DNA of 64,000 bases from Eutreptiella sp. 'Long Island Sound 2002' (GCA_964036045.1 OZ038378.1:105214001-105278000); one strand, 5' to 3'; counted from the first letter of the stretch, positions 38,040-50,581 are shown. Notes: generated from the letters alone by a model not told the origin. Program-made: numbers and translations.

Positions 38040-38250
38040 TTGACCGCCACATATTGTTCTTGTTGTAGTATCATTAGGAGCTTCTCGAATCTCAAAGACC
38101 GTGTCAGAACGGAAATTCATGCACAGTTCGCTCAACTGTTTGTCAAAGAACGTGAACCCGAGTTGGCCAGCGAGCAACAAGCCAATCCATCCCGATAACT
38201 TCATGAACGGACTTCAACTTCATGACAATGTCCAGCCGGACTTCTGGGTA
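38040..38250 (+). pseudogene. Possible hAT transposase C-terminal dimerisation-domain remnant
   Basis: VSERKFMHSS...KPIHPDNFMNGLQLHDN resembles the pattern sERvFS.ag...rL.p..le.l.fl..N. No TIR or TSD was found. Confidence 0.3.
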
Positions 38251-38419
38251 CTCATCTTTCAGCGGAGAAACAAATGCTTTGAACTAGATGGGCACAAAGT
38301 AACATACCCTATGCTGTTGTGCTATGCTATGCTCTGCTACTGTTTGCGGTTCACAACTACACACACGGTGATACACAATGAGCACATAGACAGCTTGCTA
38401 ATAGTCAAATGGCACTAAC

Positions 38420-39200
38420 AGCTCCCGCTGACACTCAAATAACACTCGTAGCAGGCATGAACACTCAAGTGACACTGAAATCACGCACCGACACTCGAAT
38501 GCCACTCACAGCACGCGCGAACGCCCAAATGACATTAGGAGCAAGCGCGAGCACTCAAATGACACTCACAGCACGCGCTTAGCCTTAAATGACACTCAGA
38601 GCACGCTCTCACCCTGAAATGACACTCACAGCATGCGCGAACACCTGAATGACACTCACAGCACGCGCCCACACGCGCACCGACACTCAATTGACACTCG
38701 TAGCACGCAAGAACACTCAAATGACACTCACAGCACGCGCTTAGCCTTAAATGACACTCACAGCACGCTCTCACCCTGAAATGACACTCACAGCACGCGC
38801 GAACACCTGAATGACACTCACAGCACGCGCCCACACGTGCACCGACACTCAATTGACACTCGTAGCACGCAAGAACACTCAAATGACACTCACAGCACGC
38901 GCGAACACTCAAATGACACTCACAGCAGGGGAAAACACTCAAATGACACTCACAGCACGCGAGCTGAACTCAAATGACAGGCATAGCACGCAGAAAAACT
39001 CAAATGACCCTCACATCACGCGACGACACTCAAATGACACTGATAGCACGCACAAACACCCAAACAACACTCACAGCAGCGCGCTGACACTCAAATGACA
39101 CTCACAGTACGCAAGAACACTCAAATGACACTCACAGCACGCGCCGACACTCAAATGACACTGACAGTACGCGCGAACACTCAAATCATACTCGCATCAC
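38420..39200. repeat. ~30-bp minisatellite (acactcaaatgacactcacagcacgcgcga) with a 162-bp higher-order duplication
   Basis: aatgacactcacagcacg recurs throughout. The gcttagcc landmark occurs at 38577 and 38739. Confidence 0.9.
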
Positions 39201-39214
39201 GCGGGAACGGTCAA

Positions 39215-39600
39215 AGAACATTTTGAGCAAGCAGCACAAGCAGCAGCGGCAAGCTGTAGCACCACCACCAGCAAACAGCAGTGGCACCATAGGCAAGCAG
39301 CAGCAGCATCAGCCACAGCAGCACGCTGCAGGAGCACCAACACCAGCAAGCAATAGCAGCGCTAGCTGCAAGCAGCAAAAAATGCGGACGGAGACCCAAC
39401 ACACACGGCGGCAGCGGCAGATTTAGCAGCAGCAGCGGCAAGCAGACCCTAGACCTCAGCTCGGTCTTCTTTTTTTTCTTCTCTTCTCTCCTTGTTTCTG
39501 TTGTGTGCCTTCTTCATCTTCTTCGTCTTCAGTCCTCAGTCTTCTTCTCTTCTGCCGCTCCTCGATCTTCTTCTGTCTTTTTTGGATTTCATCTCCTACA
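39215..39600. repeat. CAG/GCA-rich low-complexity tract followed by a TCT-rich pyrimidine tract
   Basis: Direct reading. Confidence 0.7.
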
Positions 39601-42600
39601 GTCTTAATGAAACATGATCTTACTACAATAACAGGTAATTGGGGGTTATTTCAGTTTTGAAAAATGTTCTCGGCGGTATACCGGTACTACCAGTCACCTG
39701 CACAACTGGTTGCAGACCTTAATATCATGGCAATCGTCTTGAGCGTGGATCCAAGAGGTATCTTGATGCATTGAAAACATACAAAAGACGTAAAAGAGAG
39801 GTTGGTAAGATTGCTAGGATTTTTGTAAAGACAAAGGCGGGCTATCTCCAAAAGATAGTGGAGGACGACTTAGGCGCCTCAAGTTGCATGGTCAAAATCA
39901 CACCAAATGCACCCAATCTGGACTATGCAAAAAAATAGTTTGTCACGGGCGGTGTGTTTTGAAAACAGAACACTAGTCCAAAGAAAGTATCTTTCTCACC
40001 ATTTGTGCCATTTTGTGCCTTTTTTTGATGAAGCAAAAACCGAAAAGGAAATTATCATTTCAGTGGAAATTGATGTCCTTTTACCGAAAATTAACCAATA
40101 AATGCATTTTGCGCTCCCCTTGTTTGTGGCATGAACAACGCCTGCAGAACAAATGATTGCAACATCAAATGTCGTTCTTGATCTTCATCGCGCAACTAAA
40201 AAAAAGTATTATTGATCAAATTCTATGCGCGAGGCGTCGCGCATGCAAGACAGAAAGAATATTAAAACAGAAGCACGCATGATTGCATACCAGTGCAAAG
40301 CATATGCAACATGTTATGCAAGGGCTGCTCCATGCGCCAGGCGTTGCGCATATGTTAATCAACCACAAACCGTCAACCAAATCAATTTCCTGTGGGACGA
40401 CGGCTTACACTGCCCGAATAAAGATTTTTAGGTTCTGCCTTTCACGTTCTGGGACTGCGTTGCAGTCCTCATGCGCGAGGCCTCGGGCATAAAAAACACC
40501 AGAAAATATACTTTTTGTACCATTCTGATGGGTGCTCATCTGATAGCGCTCGTGCAACAGCGTCACTGAAGCAACCAGTACCTAAATTGTCATTGATTCG
40601 TTGAGGTTTCCTGGAGGCTGGCACCCCCGGAGGCGCAAAAAGTGTTCTTCGCCGTGGTCAGGCCCTGCGCTTAGCAGACTACTTTCCCCAAGGCATGTTT
40701 TCCCTCGACGTATCCAACATCATCTTGATTACTGGTGTGGTTTGCAGTGCATTGCATTTTACTGGCTACAAAATACTTTTTGTGGCTGAAAAACCCGCTA
40801 AAGAAAGTACCACGCATGGTGAATTTGCATTTTCTTTGCACAATTTACGTTGATTGATAGTGGACAGCAGGAAGATTAATTTTTGTTCAGCCAAAGCTAA
40901 AAGGGTGGTCACTGTCCGGTTCAACGTCATATGTTGACTGGACGTGCTTCATGTGCCATCAGTGATATTCTTTTTTTTGCTCGACACTGCCCATAGTTTT
41001 AGCCAGGTGTCCTTCATGAGCAATGCTAAAGGATGCACTCTGTGCAACACCTCCCACATATGTGCTCCTTTTGTTATGAAGGCAACAACATTAGAAACGA
41101 CGTCTTAAATCATGAGTTAGATTTGCAAGGCTTGCTGAGAGCGGTGAGTGTCTGCCCGCATAAACATATGGTACGATGTGATCAAGTCGAGGATGCCTGT
41201 AATGTAACTCCAGCGTAGCTGCCTGCTTGATTCATTAATTGTACCATCATTACTTGCTTTTTGATGGGCAATGGACTGCTCTATTGCCCCGAAAAATGCC
41301 TTTCTTGGAGCCATTGGGACACACAGGGGTGAGCATTCCTTACATAAGATTTTTTGTTGGTGTTTCAGAAACGGCTTCAGTTGTTGCAAGCCAAAGAATG
41401 GTGTTTTGTGTGCTACTTGAGGCCCTGTAGTTCTGGCACTTTCTGTCGATTTATACCATGCAACTTGAGCCGCCTGAGGAGGACAACCACATCACTGACT
41501 CAGATTGGTGACGGCCCGTGCCGCGTCTAGAATAGGCCTCATCGGGTAATGTTCCGAATTGTACAGATCAGCAACAACGTTCACGTTCTTCTACAACACC
41601 AAGCTCACACATTTGCGAGAGGTACGAAGACGAGCTCCGTGCGTTTCAGAGCATCAAAGGCCAGCGCCATACCATGTCATCACCATTATGTACTACACCT
41701 AGTGCGGAAAGCCACGAGTGAATTGGCGGCAAAAAGAATTATCAGTGCGATTTGAATTGTGTAAAAGCTTTGTTGGCTGCCACTAACAACTTTCGTGGAC
41801 AATTTGCTGGTGATGCACGCAATCCAACTGATACAAACATCAAATTTCTTTTGAAAGACTTGAGAGATGAGCCCCAACTCTTAGGCGTCCATCAAAAGTT
41901 TTATACTTCGGTATACCTTTGCGAAACGAGCAGCGGAGTAGTTATACTCTGCAATACACACACTTACTACTTGCTTCGGGCGGTGACGATTGAGGCAGCC
42001 TTAGTCTGTTAGTGTGGTTTGATGAAGAAAAAGTTGTTTTCTTTCTTCCCGGCGGACCTATTGTCCACGTTCATGGGACCAGGGATGTGGTAATTTTTCT
42101 TCAATGATACTGGGTACGAAGGGATAGCCGCGGCCTCAACCGTTTTGTGAGCATTTCATACGGACATGGCAAAGCTGGCTGTGATATCTGATTAGAGAAA
42201 CGAAGTTTTATGTGCAAGTTACTCCAGTAGCCTTCCCACACAGGTCTTTCGTTCGCAGTCTTTCGGCTACTCCCCGCACAAAAAGCCAGGTGGTTCAAAG
42301 AGGTGGCGCATGGCCATGCTTAATTTGCTTACAATTTCACGCATATTCACCAGCCAGGAACGAATTAGTAGGGAGACGGCCTTACCGTTTGTAGCGATGA
42401 ACCACAAGTTACACGCCGTCTTTTCTTACGGATGAGGCACCATGGCTAAGCTGTCGTCCGCAGTGGATGCAAACAGACATCGTCATTGCGGAGAGGCTGC
42501 ACCATATTGCCCGGAAACCTGCTCGGCTATGAGCTCCTGCAGCACCAAAAAGAGTGTTGGAGTCGGCCATCTTCGCCGCAGCAAAAATCTACATGATTAG

Positions 42601-43010
42601 TAAATAACAATAATGAATTGCACCCAAAATAACAGCGGTTGGCGAAGAATGTTGTAGTGCTTTGGATGTTAAACGTAGGATTCACGTACATTGCAAAATG
42701 CGGAACTAACACTAGTGAGTGCACGCATCGTTGCGCGTTGCTCGGTCAGTGATCGCTTATGGGCCGGCTACACTTGATGAGTTGCTTTTTGCTCCTCTTC
42801 TGGCCCGAAAATGACAAATTCTGGTGACACCCGCTCATCATTGAACAAACGGCGAAGGTAGGGTTTAGTGCAGGAGAAGGAGCATCACAGGCACATTTAG
42901 TTTGAAGACACTGGTTGCCCGACAATTGGTGAAAAGGTTATTTTAGACTTATTGCTGCAGATAGCACGTGCATTGGCTCTACTTAGCATTGTTTAAAACT
43001 ATTCAGCAAC

Positions 43011-43540
43011 GTGTTGCAAGCAATGCGGCTAGAAGCGTCATTGGTTCGTACGAATAGATGGGCTTCCGAAGTCACAACATTCATGCTTGACATCCACAAA
43101 GCAAAGTCCGGTTGCATGCCAATTGCCAGAAACACCAATGTACCAAAACAGCAGACCTCGTTTGCACATCCAATGGTCGCCTCCAGCAAGCATGAAAGAC
43201 GGATTGGGTGCGCACAAAAGCAAAGAGCAATGGATAGCTATATTAGAATTGACTTTAGCTTATTGGTCAATTGCACAGTGTATGCAAGCCTTTGTAATGC
43301 TGGTCTGGTGGAAAGGGGGCACATATACACGACTCCCTTTCGGTTGGAAATACTGACCGTTATTGTGCCAACGGCTGATCAAGGTTCTTGTCAAGTCGGC
43401 AGTGCAAAGGTTGCATGCTTGGACTTATGTGTGTGTAGATACCATTATTAGTGTACACGGTTTTAGCAGCAGGCAGCAGAGTAAAGACTCCGGCGATCGC
43501 GACTTATCTGCGAGGTGGCTCTCCAATGATAGGCCTGAAA
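43011..43540 (+). pseudogene. Degenerate reverse transcriptase (DIRS/LTR-type) core
   Basis: LELTLAYWSI...YTRLPFGWKY*PLLCQRL...WTYVCVDTII corresponds to D..xAYwsi, LPFGW..SP..CQ and a decayed YVDD box. It is cut at 43540 by the putative LTR. Confidence 0.7.
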
Positions 43541-43641
43541 TGTAAAGACGGACGACATTAATATCACAGAGTACAGGCAGAAATACGGGAGAGCACAGAC
43601 AGAATTACGACAGAGTATCCAGCAATTATTAAATAGTATCA
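43541..43641 (+). mobile_element. Candidate short 5' LTR (101 bp, TG...CA) followed by a TGGT primer-binding-site-like start
   Basis: It begins tgtaaag exactly where the RT remnant stops, contains ttattaaa, and ends tatca followed by tggttgca. No second LTR lies in the window to confirm it. Confidence 0.35.
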
Positions 43642-44003
43642 TGGTTGCATTTCACACATCCTGCATGCATGTGCTCTGTAGAGTAGTCTGAGACTGGACT
43701 CCGGTGTGTTGCACGGGGTCTTTGTGACCATGCTGACTGTGGATTCACGGACAAGCGCAACAATTACGACGTGCTGGAGCAGTGTATTGCATTGAGGGCA
43801 AAGGCGCAGTGTTGTTCGGATTTTGAAACAAAACTCACGTGTTTTGCAGCCTCGGTCCTGTGCAGGAGCCTAATGGCTTATCAGTCGGTAGCATCATCGG
43901 GTGCTTGCAGCGTGAATCAAGTCTGGTCTAAGACTGAGTGCTGTTGCTGAGTGCATCATCTCATGAATCCACCGCTAGCATCGGTAAACCTGAACTGCTG
44001 CGG

Positions 44004-44500
44004 CTGCAGCTGTATGACCCTACCGCTCAGAAACAGGCTCCGGCGGAGCCCATGATCCTCTCCAGCCCTGTGAGGGCAGCAGCTTTTGATCCACAAGAAT
44101 CAGTGCCGCGAAGCTTGTCTGCGGCTCGCATGCTAGTGAGCATGGAGAAGCATCGCTGGGTTGATCACCATGGGTGTCCTCACGAGTGGCAGGCCACCAG
44201 CCATACAGGTGACCACCAGGAGCGCTTGCATCAAGTAGAGGGTGGCTGTCACAGACGCACTGCGATCGGGACTGAACGGGGATCAACAAGTGTTTGACGT
44301 GTTGAGGACTCACAACCACCACTTTGCAGGCATCCGTGTTGATCTTGAGGCAATCAAAGGAGACACGGCGGTGCTAGGCAGCGCCATCACGGCTGTGCAG
44401 CACGAAATGGGTGACCTGTGGCGTGATCATCGTGGTCTGCAAGAGACCTGCAACGCCGCCTTGTCCACGGTGGAGCGCGGCGTCAAGAAGCTGGCAAGTG
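44004..44500 (+). repeat. First copy of a 497-bp direct duplication (second copy 45921-46417)
   Basis: Both copies run from ctgcagctgtatga to aagctggcaagtg, with about a dozen substitutions by eye. Confidence 0.9.
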
Positions 44501-45920
44501 CCTGTGCCTGTGCCTGCAGTGTACGCGCGCCCCTGTTTTTCTTTTTTTTTTCCATCAAAAAAAAACAACGAAAATTAGGGGGGGAGGAAGAGGAACACAA
44601 CCACCAAACGCACACGCGCACCGCACACAGCGCGCACACCGGTGAACGAGCGCCACAAGGGCCAGGACATCGCACACGCGCGTGCACCGAGGGCAACAAA
44701 GGGACGAGACACCACAGCCTGGCACATCGCTGAACAAGAGCCAAGAGGCCTGGGACACCGCGCACGCAAAGCAACACACCGAGTGAGCGCACCGGTGAAC
44801 AGGAGCCAAGTGGCCCAGGACACCGCACACGCAACACAACACACCGAGCGGGCACACCGGTGAGCGGGAGCCAAGGGGCCCAGGACGCCACACAAGCAAA
44901 AAAACACACCGAGCGGACACACCCGTGAACAGGAGCCAAGTGGCCCAGGACACCGCAGACACAACACAACAAACCGCGCGGGCACACCGGTGAACAGGAG
45001 GCAAGTGGCCCAGGACACCGCACACGCAACACAACGCACCGAGCGGGCACACCGGTAAACGGGAGCCAAGTGGCCCAGGACACCGCACACGCAAAGCAAC
45101 ACACCGAGCGCGCGCACCGGTGAACAGGAGCCAAGTGGCCCGGGATACCGCACACGCAACACAACACACCCAGCAGGCGCACCGTTGAACGGGAGCCAAG
45201 TGGCCCGGGACACCGCACACGCAACACAACACACCGAGCGAGCACACCGGTGAACAGGAGCCAAGTGGCCCAGGACACCGCAGACGCAACACAGCAAACC
45301 GTGCGGGCACACCGGTGAACAGGAGCCAAGCAGCCCAGGACACTGCACACACGTAGGGCGGCCGAGGGACAGGAAAGAACCAACACCCCATGGGTAGGAC
45401 GCACTGGGGCGACCCAGCCGACCCACCGGGCCAGTGGCAGGAGCGGTACTCCAAGGCCAGTGGTCCGAGCCAGGCCAGGCTGCATCGGGGACCATGGCAA
45501 ACGTCACCCGGAGCCATGGAAGCCACCGGTGACAGGCGAGCCGGTACAAAGTCCAGGAGGGGGTCGCCTGCCAAGCAGAGTGGCCCCGCAACTCAAGCCA
45601 CAAGGGTGAGGCGGTCGTACGGTAGACTAGCGGGAGCAATACCCCTTGTGGTGAGAGATACTCCACACGGCTGGGCAGTCCCCAGAGCTGCCGCCCAAAG
45701 GAGGGGGCATGTGGCCCTACCCATGGACACATGTGGGGACACCCTCCCACCTGGGACACATGGACCGGATGGCCGCGACAATGCCTTCCCAAGCACATGC
45801 GGGAGCGGCTCAAGAGGCACCTGACATAGGGCAGTGGGAGGGACAGGACGTCCCCTTGGTAAGACCTTCTTCCTGCAATGTCAAAGGAGGCATCCCGAGC
45901 TCCCGAAGATACCTACCTAC
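44501..45920 (+). mobile_element. 1.4-kb retroposon-like insertion with a 65-bp minisatellite and a (CTAC)n 3' tail
   Basis: caccggtgaac recurs every 65 bp from 44790 to 45310. The insertion ends gatacctacctac and sits between the two 497-bp duplicates. Confidence 0.6.
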
Positions 45921-46327
45921 CTGCAGCTGTATGAGCCTACCGCTCAGAAACAGGCTCCGGCGGAGCCCATGATCCTCCGCAGCCCTGTGAAGGCAGCAGC
46001 TTTTGATCCACAAGAATCAGTGCCGCGAAGCTTGTCTGCGGCTCGCATGCTAGTGAGCGTGGAGAAGCATCGCTGGGTTGATCACCATGGGTGTCCTCAC
46101 GAGTGGCAGGCCACCAGCCATACAGGTGACCACCAGGAGCGCTTGCATCAAGTAGAGGGCGGCTGTCACAGACGCACTGCGATCGGGACTGAACGGGGAT
46201 CAACAAGTGTTTGATGTGTTGAGGACTCACAACCACCACTTTACAGGCATCCGTGTTGATCTTGAGGCAATCAAAGGAGACGCGGCGGTGCTAGGCAGCG
46301 CCATCATGGCTGTGCAGCACGAAATGG

Positions 46328-49312
46328 GTGACCTGTGGCGTGAAGATCGTGGTCTGCAAGAGACCCGCAACGCCGCCTTGTCCACGGTGGAGTGCGGCGT
46401 CAAAAAGCTGGCAAGTGGCAGCGGCAGCGCGTCTACAGCGGCTGGAGGAGTTCTCAACGCGCGCGGACGCGAACATCAAGGGCTGCCAAGCGGCTATCGA
46501 CGACTTGCGGGCCTCCGTGAACGCCATCGGACTGCAGCTTAGCGGCTACATCCACAACAAGTCCTCCTCCCTTGACAACCTGGGGCAGCGCGCGGGCGCG
46601 GTGTCGCGCCAAGAGGCCATCCTCACGAAGCCCTGCGAGCGCATCACGCAGGAGATGGCGGATATCGGGAGGGTTACGGCCCCTCTTAAACAGGTCACCA
46701 CTCTCCAACGGGTGGTCAGTGGTTTGGAGCCCAAAGTGCGATCACTGGAGGGTCAGTACCAGAACTTCAAAATCAGACAAGCGGCGGTGATAGAACAAGT
46801 ACACAGGACAGCAGGCTTGTTGGATGAGCGTACCATCGCGATCCGAGCAAAAACGTCTCGCCTGACATACTCTGAACAAACCTTGCAAACAGCGCTCAAC
46901 GGAATCACCATAGTGAAAGGAGCGACTGAAGAATCCTCAGGGTTGGGAACGCCGTCCCCGCCTGCTGATCTAGACAGTGATCCCCCCCCTTCTCACTGTT
47001 GCTCCGGCAGCGACAGGTGCTGCCCCTGCTGTGCATCGAAGGTGTCCTCGTTGGAGAATGCCAACAAAATACTCGAGCACGAGGTGGCTCAACTGAACAC
47101 ACAGGTAGTTCACCTCCGGGGCTGAGTGTTGAATCAGACTGAGGACAAGGCCTCCTGCAGAGCGGAAGTCATGAGTGAGATGAGGGAGAGCCTGGAGGGT
47201 ATCAGACGTCAAAAGCTGGAGGAGATCAGGGACTGCCACCAACGTCTTCTACTGGCGGAGTCAGAATCAGATCGCCTGAAAGTGGAGGTAGTGGATCCAT
47301 TAACCAGGAGCCCCCACGAGTTCGACAAGCACTGTGCATCCTTGAAAAGACAGGTCCAACGAAACAGCCAGGAGTTGGCACTGGTCAAGGGGCGGTAGCA
47401 AATTCCTGGCCTCGCGACCCCACGCGCTACGGAAGTGTCCACATCACTGAACTTCGATCTGACGGCAGTGGAAACTTGAGTGGCAGAACACGACGCCTTC
47501 CTCCGGTCCTTGAATGCGCAGGTCGCAGAGATTATGAGCGGCATGGAAACCCTCGCGGGTGTCGTGGAACGCCTAGGTGTGAAGACACAAGACTGGGAGG
47601 ACGAGTGCACAGCTGATGGGGAGCAGGAACCACAAAACCCCAACCCTAGGCAGAGCCTGACCCCCGACCCCAACTCCTTCAACCCCTTTGAACCCGCCCA
47701 CCCCGTCAAGGCGGAGCTCGGAGCTCCGCCTACATTTTCAGTGGGAGAGGGCATTTCTTTTTGCCATTGCCCATATGGGGACACTATGACTACACCAGGG
47801 GTTGATACGAAGTTTCCTGGGTTGGGGGACATCCTGCGGTCGCACGCCAACCCCTCCACCCCTAAGTGAGCGGCAGGCGCCCCTACGTTGCTACACGAAG
47901 CGGGGGGCGCAACGTTTGATCTACCGGGCCTCAATATCAAGGGCCACATCCATGATGGGGAGAAGCACGTGAGTTTTTCTAACGTCCTCTCAGCAATGGA
48001 TAGCTTGCCTTCGTTAGGGGAGACGGGGATGTCCCCAGTCCTCGGCACACCTGACCTAAGGTCCTTTCCTGTACCTGATAGCTCCAAGCCCGGCAGTGCC
48101 CCGGCTCACAAAGACCCGAATGTTCAGGTCCCGGCGCTGTTCGGTACCGACAAATCTGGAGTTGAGACCGTAGACCCTGAGACCCGACAAGTCATGAAAG
48201 ACCTCCTTAACAGGCCGGTCTTCAGTGGGCATTGGGCCACGTTTGAGCTCCTCTGGGACCGTTACCGGGGATTGTGGTGTAAGCGTATGGCCCCACACCT
48301 CCTAGCATACGTCTTCTGCTCATGCTTCCCCGATGAAGGGAACATATACGCCAGCCTGGTTAGAGATGCCGGCTGGACGTACGAGCAGATATACAACGTG
48401 TCCTCTACTATAGGCCAAGGCAGAGAGTCCGGCGAACTCCTGGAGAAACAATGGGTCGCCATGGACTTGCATCGCCCGAAAATCGTGGCCACCTACAGCC
48501 TCTGGATATTCCAGTGGGTGCTACAAGCACGCCGCACGGCGCTCAATTGGGCTATTACCCCACAGCGCGTCAAACAAGTGTTGCGCCAGGCGCGTGGGCG
48601 TCATGGAGGATACGGGGCAGAACTTGCTGAGCTGGCAAAGCTGGAGGCGCTGCACGGTGAGTTTGCCTTGGAGGCCTCACACTCCCAGGTAATATAAGAG
48701 CTCACCTGGCGCGATAAGCGCAAGTGGCAACAAAAACGCCACGAAGAGGCGCTACCGGCAATGCCAACGCAAACGCGCAGTGCTTCGGCGCCGGCGGCCC
48801 TCAAGGGCGCATGCCGCAACTGTGGTGAAAAGAAACATCGGGCGGCGGATTACCCCTATCCCCAGAAGACAGATGACCGTTGAGACGGCACCCCCAGCCG
48901 GGGCATTGGCAAAGAAAAAGGCAAGGGCAAAGGCGAGGGCAAGGGTAGGCGCAGTGACAGCTCCGGGGATAGCGGGTCCTGGGGCCACCGCAAGCCCCGC
49001 CAAGAGAATGACAAGGCTGTTGCACCAGGCTTCACCCGAGGTCAGCAAAAGCAGGTTGACTGGGCGCTCCAACATGCGACCAAAATGGCCAAGGAGTGGA
49101 AATGTCTATGGTGCAAGGGTGAGCATCACCGAGCCCAGTGCCCGTTCCACTTGATTAAAAAAGTTGCCAGTGCCCGGCAGGCCCAAGTGGAGACCCCCAA
49201 AGGCAAACATGCCGATGCCGCCCCTAAGGGGGACGCCCACGCAGACACCGCGGCTAAACCCGGGCCCTCCGGCACGCCAGCGAGAGCCCGTTGCAGAAAC
49301 CCGAGTCAATAG
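46328..49312 (+). pseudogene. Very long Gag: coiled-coil N-terminus, capsid-like region, CCHC zinc knuckles
   Basis: ORFs 46328, 47126, 47480, 47888 and 49085 share one frame, separated only by stops. CRNCGEKKHRAADY lies at 48812-48853 (last Cys changed to Tyr), followed by a KGKGKGEGKG linker and CLWCKGEHHRAQC at 49103-49141. Confidence 0.75.
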
Positions 49313-49589
49313 AGACGCGGTGGCTGGCTTACGAGAGGCGAGCGCTGCGCTCCCTAGAGAGTAACCGGCTGCGGGAGGCTGTCCATACTGCTGGTACCTC
49401 GCACGCACGGCCAGCATTGACGGGTACACCCTCTGTACGGAGTGCGTCAGCGCTTACATCTGGTAATATCTACTGCACCAATACAGTCGGTGCCGATGAG
49501 CTTACCAAGCAAAGCTCATACGCGCCGTCCCCTTCTACGACCCTTGGTGTGTGCTGTGTGTGGTCGACGCACGCCCAGTTCAACGGACA

Positions 49590-49846
49590 CACACAAGGAG
49601 TTGGTGGTGCAGTACAGTGCCGGGAGCCAGGCGTTTGCCTTTCCCCCCCCCTCATTTTTTCCGAGCGGTACCCTCCAACCAGCACGTGAACCCCTTGCCA
49701 TTACGTCCGTAGGAGGGGATGCAGTGGCGGGAGGGACAATGGGGGCCTTGCTGGATCTGACCGTACCCGTGCGGGATCCGCATGGGCTCGAGGGGTTTTT
49801 GACCTGTGAACAGGTCTTTGTGTACTCCGCTGGAATCAGCGATGGC
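49590..49846 (+). pseudogene. Retroviral-type aspartic protease, 5' part (3' part at 62954-63030)
   Basis: LVVQYSAGSQAFAF (decayed D[ST]G site)...PLAITSVGGDAVAGG...VFVYSAGISDG continues after the TSD as GISNGFIVYYLLLKCYRFQLDAARDC. Confidence 0.55.
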
Positions 49847-50581
49847 GGCCACACAAGCACACATAGGCCCCAACACCCCAGCCAGGAGTGGCAGGGCGCA
49901 GCCGAAACCGGAGCCCAAACACACACACCCACACCGCACACCCCAGCCAGGAGTGGCGGGGTACAAGCGGAGTGCGCACACAAACACACACAGGCCCCAA
50001 CACCCCAGCCAGGAGTGGCGGGGCGCAGCCAAAACCCGAGCCCAAGCACACACACCCACACCGCACACACCAGCCAGGAGTGGCGGGTTACAACCCTAGG
50101 GGCCCGTTTTGACAAAAACGTCCAAGTTGAGTACCCAAAACGCAAAAGAATTGTATTTTTGCCGAGCGCAATTTTGGTGCAATTTTGGTTTTTATTGGTG
50201 TTTGAGAATCTACATTCTTTTACCCTTTCCACCGGTGATGGGTTGAGGACACTATGAAGACACATTTTTCTACCTCCCGTCATTGCCGTTTTAAATGTTC
50301 AACACCACCCAGCACCACGGGAATCCCATCTCAACAGCATCCCAGCAGCACTAGCAACACTGGGCCTCAACATTGGGACAAGTGAATGCAACCTTGGTGT
50401 AAATAACCTCACCTTTGGTGCAACATTGGCAACCTTGAGTGCAACTTTGGCTCAACAATGCTGAGCATTGCAATTTTGATGCAACATTGGGTCAACTTCG
50501 GTTTTCTGCAAAGGAGCACACGATAGGTTTATAATTAGGTTTATAATTGGAAAATAACAACCTTCACTCCAACGGAGCCCG

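Noticed and set aside
38535-38942. Repeated CxxCH (CCECH) motifs suggesting a multiheme cytochrome c
   Set aside because: They are the minus-strand translation of the 30-bp minisatellite. There is no signal peptide, the array extends beyond the ORF, and the context is eukaryotic repeat DNA.
37520-39720. agttttgaaaa/accggt-rich segments as the two ends of a hAT element around the 38040-38250 remnant
   Set aside because: The two segments are in the same orientation, and I found no inverted termini or 8-bp TSD.
44745-45345. Regular 65-bp periodicity resembling a CRISPR array
   Set aside because: The whole 65-bp unit repeats, with no unique spacers and no cas genes, so it is a minisatellite.
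44427-45813. Long Cys-rich ORFs (357, 339 and 412 aa) resembling metallothionein or keratin-associated proteins
   Set aside because: All three minus frames are open because the CA-rich repeat lacks stops. This is a compositional artefact.
45691-45920. Hammerhead or HDV ribozyme in the conserved 3' region of the (CTAC)n retroposons
   Set aside because: No CTGANGA...GAAA core or HDV pseudoknot pattern could be identified by eye.
46328-49846. Alternative genetic code or programmed readthrough to explain the in-frame stops
   Set aside because: All three stop codons occur, a zinc-knuckle Cys and the protease Asp are also mutated, and the host M16 gene ends in a normal TAA. Pseudogenisation is simpler.
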